Virus record (IMG/VR): IMGVR_UViG_3300044695_002580
Span: 1-64,000 of that record
Source: a virus
Length of the DNA stretch: 64,000 nucleotides
Direction: 5' to 3' (one strand)
Shown: positions 1-8,967 of the stretch, piece after piece
Layout: each line of letters starts with the position of its first letter
How positions within the stretch are numbered: position 1 is the stretch's first letter
Notes under the pieces: model-generated
Database searches by the model: none
Seen by the model: only the letters and a program-made list of their open reading frames with translations
What the model was told of the DNA's origin: nothing
Translations under genes and position numbers: made by a program

Positions 1-437
1 TCTTCATCTGTTGAAAACTTCTCTACACCACCGTTATCCCAATCAAACGTGAATCCGTGAGGGTACTTAGTGAGTATAAGAAGGTCTCCCCATACGCACG
101 AAAGCCTGTTGTAGGTGTCTATTAGGGTTTCGTCCCACCCATCCGCAACCCTGGAGTGAGAATCAGTGTGTAGAAAGTACTTGTATTGTTTAGAAAGCAA
201 CGAGTTTGCCAAATGACGGCCAGAACAAGCACCGTCAGCCAATCTATAGTCTATTTTTTGATAGGACAGTTGATGTTTTGGTATAAAACTGAAATCAAAA
301 TTGCACTCTTCACCCTCGTGGGACACTAAAGAGAAGAAAAGCCTATCTTTGTGCGTAGCTTTTGTGTAAATGCTACGGACAGTGTTGATTAAATCTGGGT
401 CTCTGTAAGCAGCTAGGCTTACAAAGATTTTATCCAC
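1..437 (-). CDS. GT60/Gnt1-like (Skp1-hydroxyproline GlcNAc-transferase family) glycosyltransferase, runs off window edge
   Basis: Not in ORF track; manual translation from GTG at 437 gives MDKIFVSLAAYRDPDLINTV...GACSGRHLANSLL...YFLHTDSHSRVADGWDETLI, matching the IFVSxAxYRDP and DSHxRF/VxxxWD motifs of this family. Confidence 0.75.
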   Translation of the reverse strand, partial: MDKIFVSLAAYRDPDLINTVRSIYTKATHKDRLFFSLVSHEGEECNFDFSFIPKHQLSYQKIDYRLADGACSGRHLANSLLSKQYKYFLHTDSHSRVADGWDETLIDTYNRLSCVWGDLLILTKYPHGFTFDWDNGGVEKFSTDE

Positions 438-438
438 T

Positions 439-1002
439 TTACATCATCCCTCTGGTATTGTTTTGCTCACGTAGTACGTATAGATACTCTGGGCCTTTTG
501 TAAAATACCAGTGGTCTGGTTCACAGTAGAATAAGAAAACGTTTGCAACTACGTTGTTCATTGGGTCTGGAAACGGCTCACGCCAATGCTCTTGGTCGTT
601 GCCGTACATTAAAAGCGCTTCATTTTCGTCTAAAAAATACTCTTTACCCTCAACCCAAATAGACCATGGCGTCTTTTGATATATGCATAGGTCAATATTA
701 TAGGTGCAGGCATTATCGTCTTTGTGATGGTGCAGTTGAGCTTTTGGGCCTTCATATACTGCTAGTTGATACCAAGAAGGGATTAGGGTTTTACTTTCAA
801 AATGTTCTCTAGCAACTGCGGTTAAATCGTTATGAAGCTCGTCAAGCCATGGTGATTTATTAAGTTGATATCTACCAAACCCTTTTTCAAAGGCATCCAT
901 GCTCGACTCTTCGTAGAACTCTATAGTTTTAGCCTTTAAGTCTGCAAACTTTGCGGGTTCCAACACGTTTTTAATTAGCATTGGGTCTTTAACTTTAATC
1001 AC
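439..1002 (-). CDS. 2OG-Fe(II) oxygenase (prolyl-hydroxylase-like fold)
   Basis: HxD (LHHHKD) ... distal His (EHWRE) pattern; likely GTG start at 1002 (track extends to 1032). Confidence 0.75.
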   Translation of the reverse strand: MIKVKDPMLIKNVLEPAKFADLKAKTIEFYEESSMDAFEKGFGRYQLNKSPWLDELHNDLTAVAREHFESKTLIPSWYQLAVYEGPKAQLHHHKDDNACTYNIDLCIYQKTPWSIWVEGKEYFLDENEALLMYGNDQEHWREPFPDPMNNVVANVFLFYCEPDHWYFTKGPEYLYVLREQNNTRGMM

Positions 1003-1279
1003 TTGCTGGTTCCCTTTCTTCGTTAGTTGCAACGTTCCATTTGCCTACTGGGCACTCTGCATCTGCTAATTTTACTTTTAAGTTCATTATGCAACCACAC
1101 TTTTTACACTGGTGAGTTGCGCCTATGTAATGGGTACATGCCTTACAGATATCAAGACGTGCCTGTGCAACAGAGTCTAGGGCTCTAGAGGAGTCGGTTT
1201 TAAGTAAATCCCAAGGTCTAGTTGTTCCTAGGTTTTTCTTATAACGTTGCCAGGCGCTTAGGTTTTCTTCTTCACTCAT
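995..1279 (-). CDS. small Cys-rich protein
   Basis: RLDICKAC...CKKCGC...CPVGKW motif typical of small phage proteins found near fibre/oxygenase clusters. Confidence 0.6.
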   Translation of the reverse strand: MSEEENLSAWQRYKKNLGTTRPWDLLKTDSSRALDSVAQARLDICKACTHYIGATHQCKKCGCIMNLKVKLADAECPVGKWNVATNEEREPASD

Positions 1280-1285
1280 AGTGGC

Positions 1286-1534
1286 CTACTCTACAGGAGG
1301 ATTGAAGGTATTTCCATCCCATGTCCAGCCAGGCAAAACCGCGGTGTCTAATGGAAGAGCCACAACCTTTGGGTCTGACAAAAGGCCAGCAATGCAGCGC
1401 TTTTCTACGTCGCGGACGTCATAAGGGTTCTTATCATCTAAAGAGATAACGCCAAATACGTCCCCATCCGCTATAAAAGCAAACTTATGGGTAGCTTGAT
1501 TTAGTTCGCTACCTTGCGGGAGTCTATCGTCCAT
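1286..1534 (-). CDS. hypothetical, possible tail-fibre accessory protein
   Basis: C-terminal PGWTWDGNTFNPP motif; follows fibre gene; leaderless-type TAGGAT-6nt-ATG. Confidence 0.5.
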   Translation of the reverse strand: MDDRLPQGSELNQATHKFAFIADGDVFGVISLDDKNPYDVRDVEKRCIAGLLSDPKVVALPLDTAVLPGWTWDGNTFNPPVE

Positions 1535-1552
1535 AGTTATATCCTATCATGT

Positions 1553-3187
1553 TTATGCAATACATTGGAAAATACTTAAGCAACGACCACGGAAGTCGCG
1601 GCAGTAGCAGCTTATAGGTGTTGGTGTAGGGGTTGGGGTAGGTGTTGGGGTAGGCGTTGTTGTACAACGGCATACGCCGTTAACAATAGACCAAGTACCA
1701 GCACAAGGACCAGAGCATGTTGGTGTTGTTGGAGCAGGGGTAAAGATAGGTGTAGGAGTTGGAGTTGGAGTTGGCGTTGGTGTTGGCGTAGGAGTAGGAG
1801 TTGGGGTGACAGTTACAGGTACGCAAGGACCTGTGTTTGGACAGCTACCGCCAGTCCAACATACATCTCTGAAACCTGAAGCACACGTTGAGTCTGGTTT
1901 TATGCCGCTAAGAGCTGGGTCGCAACTTGAACATGGTGGATAGCTGCAGTTACCATTTGCTGTGCTGCATGGTAGAGATACTGGAGGAGAACAAGGAACT
2001 GAAGGGTCGGTGGTGCTATAGGCACATGTGCCTCCTTGAACAGTTCCTCCACCGCTTGTACACGCCTGAACGGCAAAGTACTGCGAGTCGTTGCAGCTGC
2101 TCAATGTACTTCGAGATATTTGTGTATAAGTACCACCAGTATTACAACAAACAGTATAACGGTAGGTGTTTGTAGTAGGGGTAGTAGGGGTAGTAGGGGT
2201 AGTGCCGCCTGAAGGGCAGCCCGTGCCGCTTGATGGCATTGTAAAATTAGCAGTAGATGTAGCTGTTATACCTGTCCCATTAATTCCAGAGTACACAGTT
2301 AGTGTTGCAGTAGCAGTTTGACCACAAAATGTACTTGGGCTTGGACAACCCCAACTAAGTCCACTAACAGCAGTTGTAGTCCCATTTACTATACCTGAGC
2401 TACAACCAATTGCTGAGGCTGACCAAGATGCGTATCCAAATGCGCTCCAGTAAAGATTTGGAACAATAGGAGGTGCACCATCCACCGCCCCCGCAGAAGC
2501 TGTAAATGAAGTAATACCAATTGTTGGACCACTTGGTACTGGCGTAGGAGTTGGGGTAGGGGCTGGAGCTGGGGAGGTTGGAGAGACGGTTCCAGAAGCG
2601 GTTGAGGCTAATCCCGTACCGTTTTCGTTAGTAGCAGCAACTGTAAAGTTGTATGTGGTACCTACTACGCCAGAAAAACTGTAAGTTGTAGCAGCGCTAT
2701 TTGTAACAATTGGAGAACCTACCGTGGGTGTGATTGTGTAACTAGTTATTGCTTTACCAGCGTTTGCTGGAGCTACCCAGCTAAGTGAAATTCCACCACC
2801 ATTTACAAGGTTAATTGCAGTTAATGATGTTGGACGTCCAGGAACAGTTGTTACTGTATCTGGACCCGCGCCTGTGGAGTTCGCAGACTCAAATACTTCG
2901 TTTCTAGCTCTAATTGAGTATGTGTATTTAATACCTGAGCGTAAACCAGTAAAAACAAATGGGGCTAAGTTTGCAATTGTTGCAGTTACTGCATTTCCCG
3001 TCTCTGGGGTTGCAACAACTACGTAATCAATAATTGGTAGCTTGCCATCAAAAGTTGAAGGGTTAAATGTTAAAAAGGTAGCGCCATCGTCAAATGCACG
3101 GCCAGAACCAGAGTCTGAACGTGAAGCTACAGAAGGAGGTAGTGGAGGTACCTTCTTCTGAGAATCGCTAACCCCTACATATAACAT
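1553..3187 (-). CDS. fibronectin type III-containing fibre/virion surface protein with (Pro-Thr)n tracts and Cys-rich C-terminus
   Basis: Two FN3-like repeats (GLRSGIKYTYSIRARN; LSWVAP...YNFTVAATNENG), several PTPTPT tracts, over 20 Cys in the C-terminal half. Confidence 0.7.
   Translation of the reverse strand: MLYVGVSDSQKKVPPLPPSVASRSDSGSGRAFDDGATFLTFNPSTFDGKLPIIDYVVVATPETGNAVTATIANLAPFVFTGLRSGIKYTYSIRARNEVFESANSTGAGPDTVTTVPGRPTSLTAINLVNGGGISLSWVAPANAGKAITSYTITPTVGSPIVTNSAATTYSFSGVVGTTYNFTVAATNENGTGLASTASGTVSPTSPAPAPTPTPTPVPSGPTIGITSFTASAGAVDGAPPIVPNLYWSAFGYASWSASAIGCSSGIVNGTTTAVSGLSWGCPSPSTFCGQTATATLTVYSGINGTGITATSTANFTMPSSGTGCPSGGTTPTTPTTPTTNTYRYTVCCNTGGTYTQISRSTLSSCNDSQYFAVQACTSGGGTVQGGTCAYSTTDPSVPCSPPVSLPCSTANGNCSYPPCSSCDPALSGIKPDSTCASGFRDVCWTGGSCPNTGPCVPVTVTPTPTPTPTPTPTPTPTPTPIFTPAPTTPTCSGPCAGTWSIVNGVCRCTTTPTPTPTPTPTPTPISCYCRDFRGRCLSIFQCIA
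1616..1810. repeat. degenerate 6-nt coding repeats encoding (Pro-Thr)n
   Basis: GGNGTN hexamer runs with variable third positions, so conserved at the protein level. Confidence 0.8.
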
Positions 3188-3975
3188 TAAGAGGTCAAAT
3201 CACCAGATAGCCACCAGGTGTTAGCTGCTACTTTTACCAAAGTAGCGCCAGACCATCTAGTGCGAAGTCTTAGACCAGGTGTGGCGTTTACGCTAGCGGG
3301 AGATGTTGCTGCAAACACTACGCCACCTGTTTGACCACGTACAAAGTTAATTTGAGTACCTATAGGAAAATTAACAGAATCTGTTGGAACTGTAATAGTT
3401 AAATCAACTAAAGTGCTGGTGTTTACTAAATAAAACAGTTTATTCTTGTCCACAAGTGCAAGGGTAAAGTTTTCACTCTTTTGTTCCACAGTTGCATCAG
3501 CTGCAACAGCGGTTACAGAACCTTGAATGTTAGCTGCTAGTGTTTTTCCAGTAAAAGTGCCATCTGGGGTAACTCCAGCAATAATTTCGTTACCAGAACC
3601 TTGAAATTCTAGAAGGTTTACTGATTGATTAAGAGCACCTTGAACAATTAGGGCTCTATTAGTAGCTAGTCCAGCTTGAACCTTGTTAGATTGAGCACCG
3701 TCAGCTATTTTTCTTACATACTGTGTGTGAGAGTCGGCTACAACGCCCAACTCAACTTTAGCAATACGTGCAGACACAGTGCCTAGGTTTGAAGAGCTAC
3801 CTTCGTAGGTTTCAGAAGGGTTTGGGGTAGTAGATGTAGCTGGGTTTAGACCTAAAGTGGTTTCAACAGCAACAATTTCCTCTTGAAGGCTATTTGGGTG
3901 TGAAGCGTCAACTGTATCAACGACATTTTGTTTAGTAGTAAATACTCGTACCGAACTTGGGTATGATGCTGGCAT
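3187..3975 (-). CDS. virion structural/fibre adaptor protein
   Basis: N-terminal ASHPNSLQEEIVAVETTLG and C-terminal LRTRWSGATLVKVAANTWWLSGDL motifs seen in phage minor structural proteins; coupled to downstream fibre gene. Confidence 0.55.
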   Translation of the reverse strand: MPASYPSSVRVFTTKQNVVDTVDASHPNSLQEEIVAVETTLGLNPATSTTPNPSETYEGSSSNLGTVSARIAKVELGVVADSHTQYVRKIADGAQSNKVQAGLATNRALIVQGALNQSVNLLEFQGSGNEIIAGVTPDGTFTGKTLAANIQGSVTAVAADATVEQKSENFTLALVDKNKLFYLVNTSTLVDLTITVPTDSVNFPIGTQINFVRGQTGGVVFAATSPASVNATPGLRLRTRWSGATLVKVAANTWWLSGDLTS

Positions 3976-3985
3976 TTTGAACCTT

Positions 3986-4150
3986 TCAGTTTTGACTTTC
4001 CCCGTTAGGGCCTCTACCAGGGGTGTTCCAGACCGCTATGCTTGGTCTTTCATTGTTCTGTGGTAACTTTCTAAGACCAAATCTTGAGTCCATCACCACT
4101 TTTGGTTTTGATACTGCTTTTTTAAAGGATGACTTCCTCACGGCGTCCAT
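3986..4150 (-). CDS. small hypothetical protein (54 aa)
   Basis: Manual ORF MDAVRKSSFKKAV...GESQN fills the gap in the gene string. Confidence 0.45.
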   Translation of the reverse strand: MDAVRKSSFKKAVSKPKVVMDSRFGLRKLPQNNERPSIAVWNTPGRGPNGESQN

Positions 4151-4305
4151 CCTTCATATCTACTCCACTGTTTAGACATTGTAGTGGCCCCTTTTATTGG
4201 AGACATTACATACGTACGTCTATCGCGTTCTTCTCTGTTGTTCTTTTTAGTCTTTATACGTGCGTGAATCGTACTTTTTGCTTTAGGAACACCATCTTTA
4301 TGCAT
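4138..4305 (-). CDS. small basic hypothetical protein
   Basis: ORF overlapping both neighbours; probable start MHKDG. Confidence 0.4.
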   Translation of the reverse strand: MHKDGVPKAKSTIHARIKTKKNNREERDRRTYVMSPIKGATTMSKQWSRYEGWTP

Positions 4306-4792
4306 TTTTTTTCTTCTTTGGTTGGAAAGTCTTTTCAATTTCGCTAGTTACCTTGCCAAAGTTGGGACCTTCACGCAGGTCTACGATAGGAGTTGCCTTA
4401 TATACGGTTTTAACTCCTGGCGTTGTCTCTCTTTTTGTCTTTTTAGATGATTTTGGCTTAGTAGAAGCTGCTGGTTTAGGTGCAGGGAGTGCTGCAGGAG
4501 ATTTTTTACCAGCGGGTAAGGCGCCTGGTCGACGAGTCTCGCTCTTTTTAGGGACTCTTTCAGATTTTACTGTTTTAGGAGCCTGAGTTTTTACCTCACG
4601 CTCAACACGTTCAGATTTTACATCGACAGGCTTGCTAGCATCTTTATCTTTACCCTTTTGGGCCTTATCAACTGCTGATGCAACTCTAGCAAGGGTAACT
4701 GCTCGCAGGATACCCTTACCTTTTCTAGGAGCTAGAGAGGATGTGGCTTTGCCACGTAACTGGGTTTCTGAGGCGCTTCTAGCTGCTTTCAT
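4298..4792 (-). CDS. basic Lys/Pro-rich hypothetical protein
   Basis: ORF with leaderless-type promoter TACAAT-6nt-ATG. Confidence 0.6.
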   Translation of the reverse strand: MKAARSASETQLRGKATSSLAPRKGKGILRAVTLARVASAVDKAQKGKDKDASKPVDVKSERVEREVKTQAPKTVKSERVPKKSETRRPGALPAGKKSPAALPAPKPAASTKPKSSKKTKRETTPGVKTVYKATPIVDLREGPNFGKVTSEIEKTFQPKKKKNA

Positions 4793-4855
4793 ACTCTGAT
4801 TGTAAGTGTTTCTCTTCGCATTGTCGGGCTAAGTCAGGTACTACATAGCGCTTAG

Positions 4856-4886
4856 CGCATAAAGCGCATGTCCAGCGCTTTATGCG
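4856..4886 (-). terminator. hairpin downstream of endolysin
   Basis: 12-bp inverted repeat CGCATAAAGCGC/GCGCTTTATGCG. Confidence 0.55.
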
Positions 4887-4901
4887 TTCAGCATCATCCA
4901 T

Positions 4902-5471
4902 TTACTTACCGCAGCAGGCGCAGCGGTCAGCTGCAGCTGGGGCCGCTGGGGCAGCGGCGGCCTTTGGTGCTCCTTTGAATTTAGGACGGCCAAAACCTAC
5001 GATAGAGATTTGGACCTTCTTAGGGTTCTTCTTATAAGCACGAAGCTTCTTAGACACCTGTCCGCCATTACGTTGTGAGCCCTTATCATCTGGGCTTGTG
5101 TTCCCCTCAATGCACCAAACGGTTCCATCGCCATTGTCCTTGATAACAATGCCTACATGAGAGATTCTATCGACGCCATCTGATGGGAAATCAAAATACG
5201 CAATATCTCCAGCATCTGGGTCAGCGATGTCTCCATCAATCCAAGCTCCAGCTTTCTTAAATGCTGCTGCACCACCTGGTGTGTAAACGGTATTAGGAAC
5301 CTTTACTCCAGCCTCGTTAGCGCACCAGTTTACGAAAGACCCACACCATGGCTGAAAGTTAGCCTTTGTGTAAGCGCCGTACTTGGTCTCATTGTCTTTA
5401 GGACCTTCGATGGTTCCTAGTTCTGCTGTTGCAACTTCAATAAGTTTAGCTGCTGTACCTTGGTCTGCCAT
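4902..5471 (-). CDS. endolysin, CHAP/NlpC-P60 amidase
   Basis: QPWCGSFVNWC, SHVGIV and IEGNT motifs; start MADQG. Confidence 0.85.
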   Translation of the reverse strand: MADQGTAAKLIEVATAELGTIEGPKDNETKYGAYTKANFQPWCGSFVNWCANEAGVKVPNTVYTPGGAAAFKKAGAWIDGDIADPDAGDIAYFDFPSDGVDRISHVGIVIKDNGDGTVWCIEGNTSPDDKGSQRNGGQVSKKLRAYKKNPKKVQISIVGFGRPKFKGAPKAAAAPAAPAAADRCACCGK

Positions 5472-5860
5472 TAGTCTTTGTCCCAATCTTCGTCAACTGG
5501 CTGCTCTTCAGGAACTTCGCCCTCAGCCTTTGTAGCAACAGCTACAGCTGCAGCGGCTACGCCAGCAGAAATTACAATGTCCTGTCCATTTTGCTTAGCT
5601 TCAACACGTAGGTCAGCTTCGCTCTTAGCCTTTGTATCAACTGCAGAGAATGCTGCGTTAATTTCATCAAGGTCAAGTCTGCCGTCATTCATAAAGCCGC
5701 GTGCTAGCTTCTCTACGACTGCGGCAACTGCTGTTAAACCAGCCACTGTTACAGCTGTGATGGTGTCGACGCCAGCGATAGCACCAGCACCGATAACTGA
5801 GAGACCGCTAGCAGCAAATACTGCAAGGATTCTCAGAAGAATGTTTCCTATTGATTTCAT
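5471..5860 (-). CDS. holin-like membrane protein
   Basis: Two N-terminal hydrophobic helices; immediately upstream of endolysin. Confidence 0.55.
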   Translation of the reverse strand: MKSIGNILLRILAVFAASGLSVIGAGAIAGVDTITAVTVAGLTAVAAVVEKLARGFMNDGRLDLDEINAAFSAVDTKAKSEADLRVEAKQNGQDIVISAGVAAAAVAVATKAEGEVPEEQPVDEDWDKD

Positions 5861-6031
5861 TTATTCCTCGTCTTTTGGGTTTCGTAGTGGGTAGGTAACA
5901 GCCCAAGCAAAGATAGTTGCCATAATTGCGTAACCGACGACTGTCTTTGCTGAACCGTCTAGTACAACCCAAGCAATGAACATGCCAAGCAGTGTCCATA
6001 GCTGGTCAATCATGTCTCTAACTATCTTCAT
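5861..6031 (-). CDS. small two-TM membrane protein (lysis cassette)
   Basis: Manual ORF MKIVRDMIDQLWTLLGMFIAWVVLDGSAKTVVGYAIMATIFAWAVTYPLRNPKDEE. Confidence 0.65.
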   Translation of the reverse strand: MKIVRDMIDQLWTLLGMFIAWVVLDGSAKTVVGYAIMATIFAWAVTYPLRNPKDEE

Positions 6032-8613
6032 GGCCTTCTCCTAGTTCCTCTTGCATCTCCAGCGGCGCCTCCGCCTCCAGAGTTTCCGCCACCGCTTGAA
6101 CCACCAGTACCTGTACCAGTAGAACCTGTAGCCGCACCAACTGCATTAATAGCAGCGCCTGCAGCCACAACGGCAGCAACTACCATTTCTGTTGCTTCTT
6201 CACGTTCTTCGGGGGACATATCAGCACCGATACTTCCAAGTGCTTTCAGGGCTTGACCAGGGTCATCAAATAATTCGCCAAGTAACTCCGCAGGGTTCTC
6301 TAGTAGCACGAGAGCCGCGGCAACGTCTGCTGTAATTATAACTTCATTACCGTTTTCATCCTGCCTAACCTCCACAGGAGTCTCTGGTGGGAGGTCCTGA
6401 TAGGCGATTCCAGCGTCTTGAATCTGCTCTTTTGTAAGGGTTTCGCCTGGGGCTACAGACTCGATAAGAGCCTCAGCAACAAGTTCCTTCTCAGCCGCAC
6501 TCAGCTTGCCATCTTCCTTAAGGGCGTCAACTAGAGCAGTAACTTCCTCAGCGGTAACTTCGCCATCTGCGCTTAGCGCATCTAGAACAGCCTCAGCATC
6601 GTCAGCAGTAAGTTTGCCATCAGATAAAACGTCTTCCACAGCACTAGTCACAGCCTCTTCTTCTGTGGTAGTCTCTGGGGATGATTCTTCTAACGGACTT
6701 TCTGGCTCTGTTTCTGGTGACTCTGGTTGTGCTTCTTCTTCCACGGGTGTTTCGTCTTCCGCAGGACTCTCCTCGTCTTCTACGACAGGCTCTTCGGGCG
6801 TTACCTCTGGTTGTTGCTCTTCTGTGGGTTCTGATGGCGTTTCTGTATCAGGGTCAGTAGATGAAGTATCAGTTGATTCATCTGTTGGGTCAGGTTCGCC
6901 ATCACCAACGGGTTCAGTTGGAGTCTCAGGGTCAGTATCAGGAGTGGACGATTCCTCTTGAGAAGGCTCTTGTGAAGGCTCTTGAGGATTTGGAGCGTCA
7001 GTAGATGGACTTTCAGAATCTGTCTGAGGAGGAGTGGTTGAAGCACCGTCAGAAGGAGACGTTGGAGTATCTGGAGTTGACGGCGCAGTTGGCGTTGAAG
7101 AAGAAGCAGCTGCTTGAGCAGCAGCTGCAGCAGCAGCCGCAGCAGCCTGTTGAGCCGCAAGTTCAGCAGCAGCCTGTGCAGCCGCAGCAGCCTGAGCCTC
7201 CGCTTCAATACGAGAGTTCGTACTGGACACCACAGGAGCGATAGCTTCAGCTTTTGCAATTGCAGTATCCGCTAATTGATTAGCTGTATCTAAAGCAGCA
7301 GTAGCAACCGTAGTAGCAGCCTCAGCAGCAGCAGTAACTGTTGTTAAGTTTGTGTTGGCTGTTGTTAAGCTTTCCTGTGCTGTTGTCAGGTTTTGAGTAG
7401 CTGTTGTTAAGTTTTGATTAGCAGTAGTTAAAGTAGCCTGTGCAGCAGTTAGCGCAGCCTGTTGCTCTGGAGTAGCAGATGATTGAGAAAACTCAGAACC
7501 AGGTGCTATAACCCAGCCTGTTGACGGGTTATGACGATAGAACCAAACACCAGCTCCACCACCGTTTTCGTAGTACCACAGTTCAAATGCTTTGCTAGTT
7601 CCAGCAGATATAGGGGCCGCATTAACGCTTCCTCCGCCACCTTTGTCATACCAGTCGTTAATAACAAGTTGACCATCAAGGTACAGTTTTACCCCGTCAT
7701 CTGCAGGAGCAAGAACATGGGTTACATCAATTGAAGGTGTCCAAGTCCCTGTGTATTTAACAATTACATCCTCATGAAGGTTAGAGCCAGCAACGTACCC
7801 GCTGCCCCACTGTTCGTTAATTCCGTTTGTATCTGTAGTTGTGTGAACAGGAGTTGCATTTGTAGGAAGAGTTGGGGCGTTATTCTGACCTTGTACGTTG
7901 TAAACCTCTACCTTTAATCCTGGAGAAGTATTAGCATCTACAGCAGCCTGAGCAGTAGTAACGTCTTGCGTTACTACTGCTACAACTGCAGTCTTATCTT
8001 CTACAACAATAGCCGCAGCAGCGACGGTTGAGGTAGCGGTTTCGACTGCCGCTGCTGCGGGTGCTATAAGTGCAGTGGCGCTATCGGCAGCTTGCACTAA
8101 AGTTGTGGCTGTAGCCAAAGATTCTTGAGCAGCAGTAATAGCAGTATTTGCCTCTGCTACAGCTGTTACAACTGATGTCTCAGAAGCTGCAGCTGTTGGT
8201 ATAATTGTGTTAGCAACAGTGGCTGTTGCTGTATCAATCTTCTCTTGTACGGAGGTAACTGTAGGTGTCTCAGGAACTGTTGTGGTTATTGGTGTTGCCT
8301 CTGGTGTGGTGGTTTGGTTGGGCGATGGCGTTCCAGTGGATGAAGATTCGTTTGATGGTTCAGTTGGACCAGCTGAAGAAGGAGACTCTTGAGGCGAAGG
8401 CTCTTGTGCTTGAGTTACAGAAGTCTCAGGAGGGCTGGTTACAACGAGAGTCACGTCAGGCGATGGAGCGCTCGTTACAGTCGCTCCGTCCACGGGAGCA
8501 GGAGTAATTACCTGCTCACTTGGGGCAGGCTCATTCGCGTGAGCGGTATTTTGACTGAGTAAGTGTAGGAGTGTTGATAGAAATAGTGCTGCGAGTATAC
8601 GCAGTTTATAAAT
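6028..8613 (-). CDS. large secreted/membrane-anchored PA14-domain protein; probable non-AUG (ATT) start
   Basis: PA14-like ADDGVKLYLDGQLVINDW...YYENGGGA; acidic Pro/Thr/Glu linker; C-terminal TM and basic tail; frame stays open 40 codons upstream of 8493 and encodes a signal peptide behind an AGGAG RBS. Confidence 0.7.
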   Translation of the reverse strand: MYKLRILAALFLSTLLHLLSQNTAHANEPAPSEQVITPAPVDGATVTSAPSPDVTLVVTSPPETSVTQAQEPSPQESPSSAGPTEPSNESSSTGTPSPNQTTTPEATPITTTVPETPTVTSVQEKIDTATATVANTIIPTAAASETSVVTAVAEANTAITAAQESLATATTLVQAADSATALIAPAAAAVETATSTVAAAAIVVEDKTAVVAVVTQDVTTAQAAVDANTSPGLKVEVYNVQGQNNAPTLPTNATPVHTTTDTNGINEQWGSGYVAGSNLHEDVIVKYTGTWTPSIDVTHVLAPADDGVKLYLDGQLVINDWYDKGGGGSVNAAPISAGTSKAFELWYYENGGGAGVWFYRHNPSTGWVIAPGSEFSQSSATPEQQAALTAAQATLTTANQNLTTATQNLTTAQESLTTANTNLTTVTAAAEAATTVATAALDTANQLADTAIAKAEAIAPVVSSTNSRIEAEAQAAAAAQAAAELAAQQAAAAAAAAAAQAAASSSTPTAPSTPDTPTSPSDGASTTPPQTDSESPSTDAPNPQEPSQEPSQEESSTPDTDPETPTEPVGDGEPDPTDESTDTSSTDPDTETPSEPTEEQQPEVTPEEPVVEDEESPAEDETPVEEEAQPESPETEPESPLEESSPETTTEEEAVTSAVEDVLSDGKLTADDAEAVLDALSADGEVTAEEVTALVDALKEDGKLSAAEKELVAEALIESVAPGETLTKEQIQDAGIAYQDLPPETPVEVRQDENGNEVIITADVAAALVLLENPAELLGELFDDPGQALKALGSIGADMSPEEREEATEMVVAAVVAAGAAINAVGAATGSTGTGTGGSSGGGNSGGGGAAGDARGTRRRP

Positions 8614-8638
8614 AATTTCTCCTTAGTAGGAGTCTATC

Positions 8639-8836
8639 TTACTCTAAATTTAAGTAATTGTTAGGGTCAAATATATTTACAGACTTTAACTTTAGCGAGT
8701 CTGCTTTATCTTTTGCGTGGTGTCCGCAAAACATTAACTCTCCGTTAAGAAAGGTAACAATAACTTGTGCAGCAGCGCTGCAGGCATCACAGCGGTCTTG
8801 AGCGGTTAGCTGGCGGTTGACCTCTGTAGTTACCAT
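8639..8836 (-). CDS. small Zn-binding protein
   Basis: DRCDAC...LMFCGHH motif, familiar from actinobacteria and their phages. Confidence 0.6.
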   Translation of the reverse strand: MVTTEVNRQLTAQDRCDACSAAAQVIVTFLNGELMFCGHHAKDKADSLKLKSVNIFDPNNYLNLE

Positions 8837-8838
8837 GG

Positions 8839-8967
8839 TTATTTACCTTTCTTCTTCTTATCTTCTTTTTCGATAGAACGGGCTAGTTCATCTTGTGACT
8901 CTGCAGTCCAAGACCAGTCTACACCTTCTGGGATATCAAATTGAGACTCAGAACGCTTGTCTGTCAC
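8839..8967 (-). CDS. small hypothetical protein (42 aa)
   Basis: Manual ORF MTDKRSESQFDIPEG...; GTGA overlap with upstream gene. Confidence 0.55.
   Translation of the reverse strand: MTDKRSESQFDIPEGVDWSWTAESQDELARSIEKEDKKKKGK

Noticed and set aside
6506-7259. Alternative-frame and antisense ORFs over the PA14 gene (and similar plus-strand ORFs over minus-strand genes throughout)
   Set aside because: Low-complexity shadows of Ala/Ser/Thr/Glu-rich coding sequence with no RBS or motifs.
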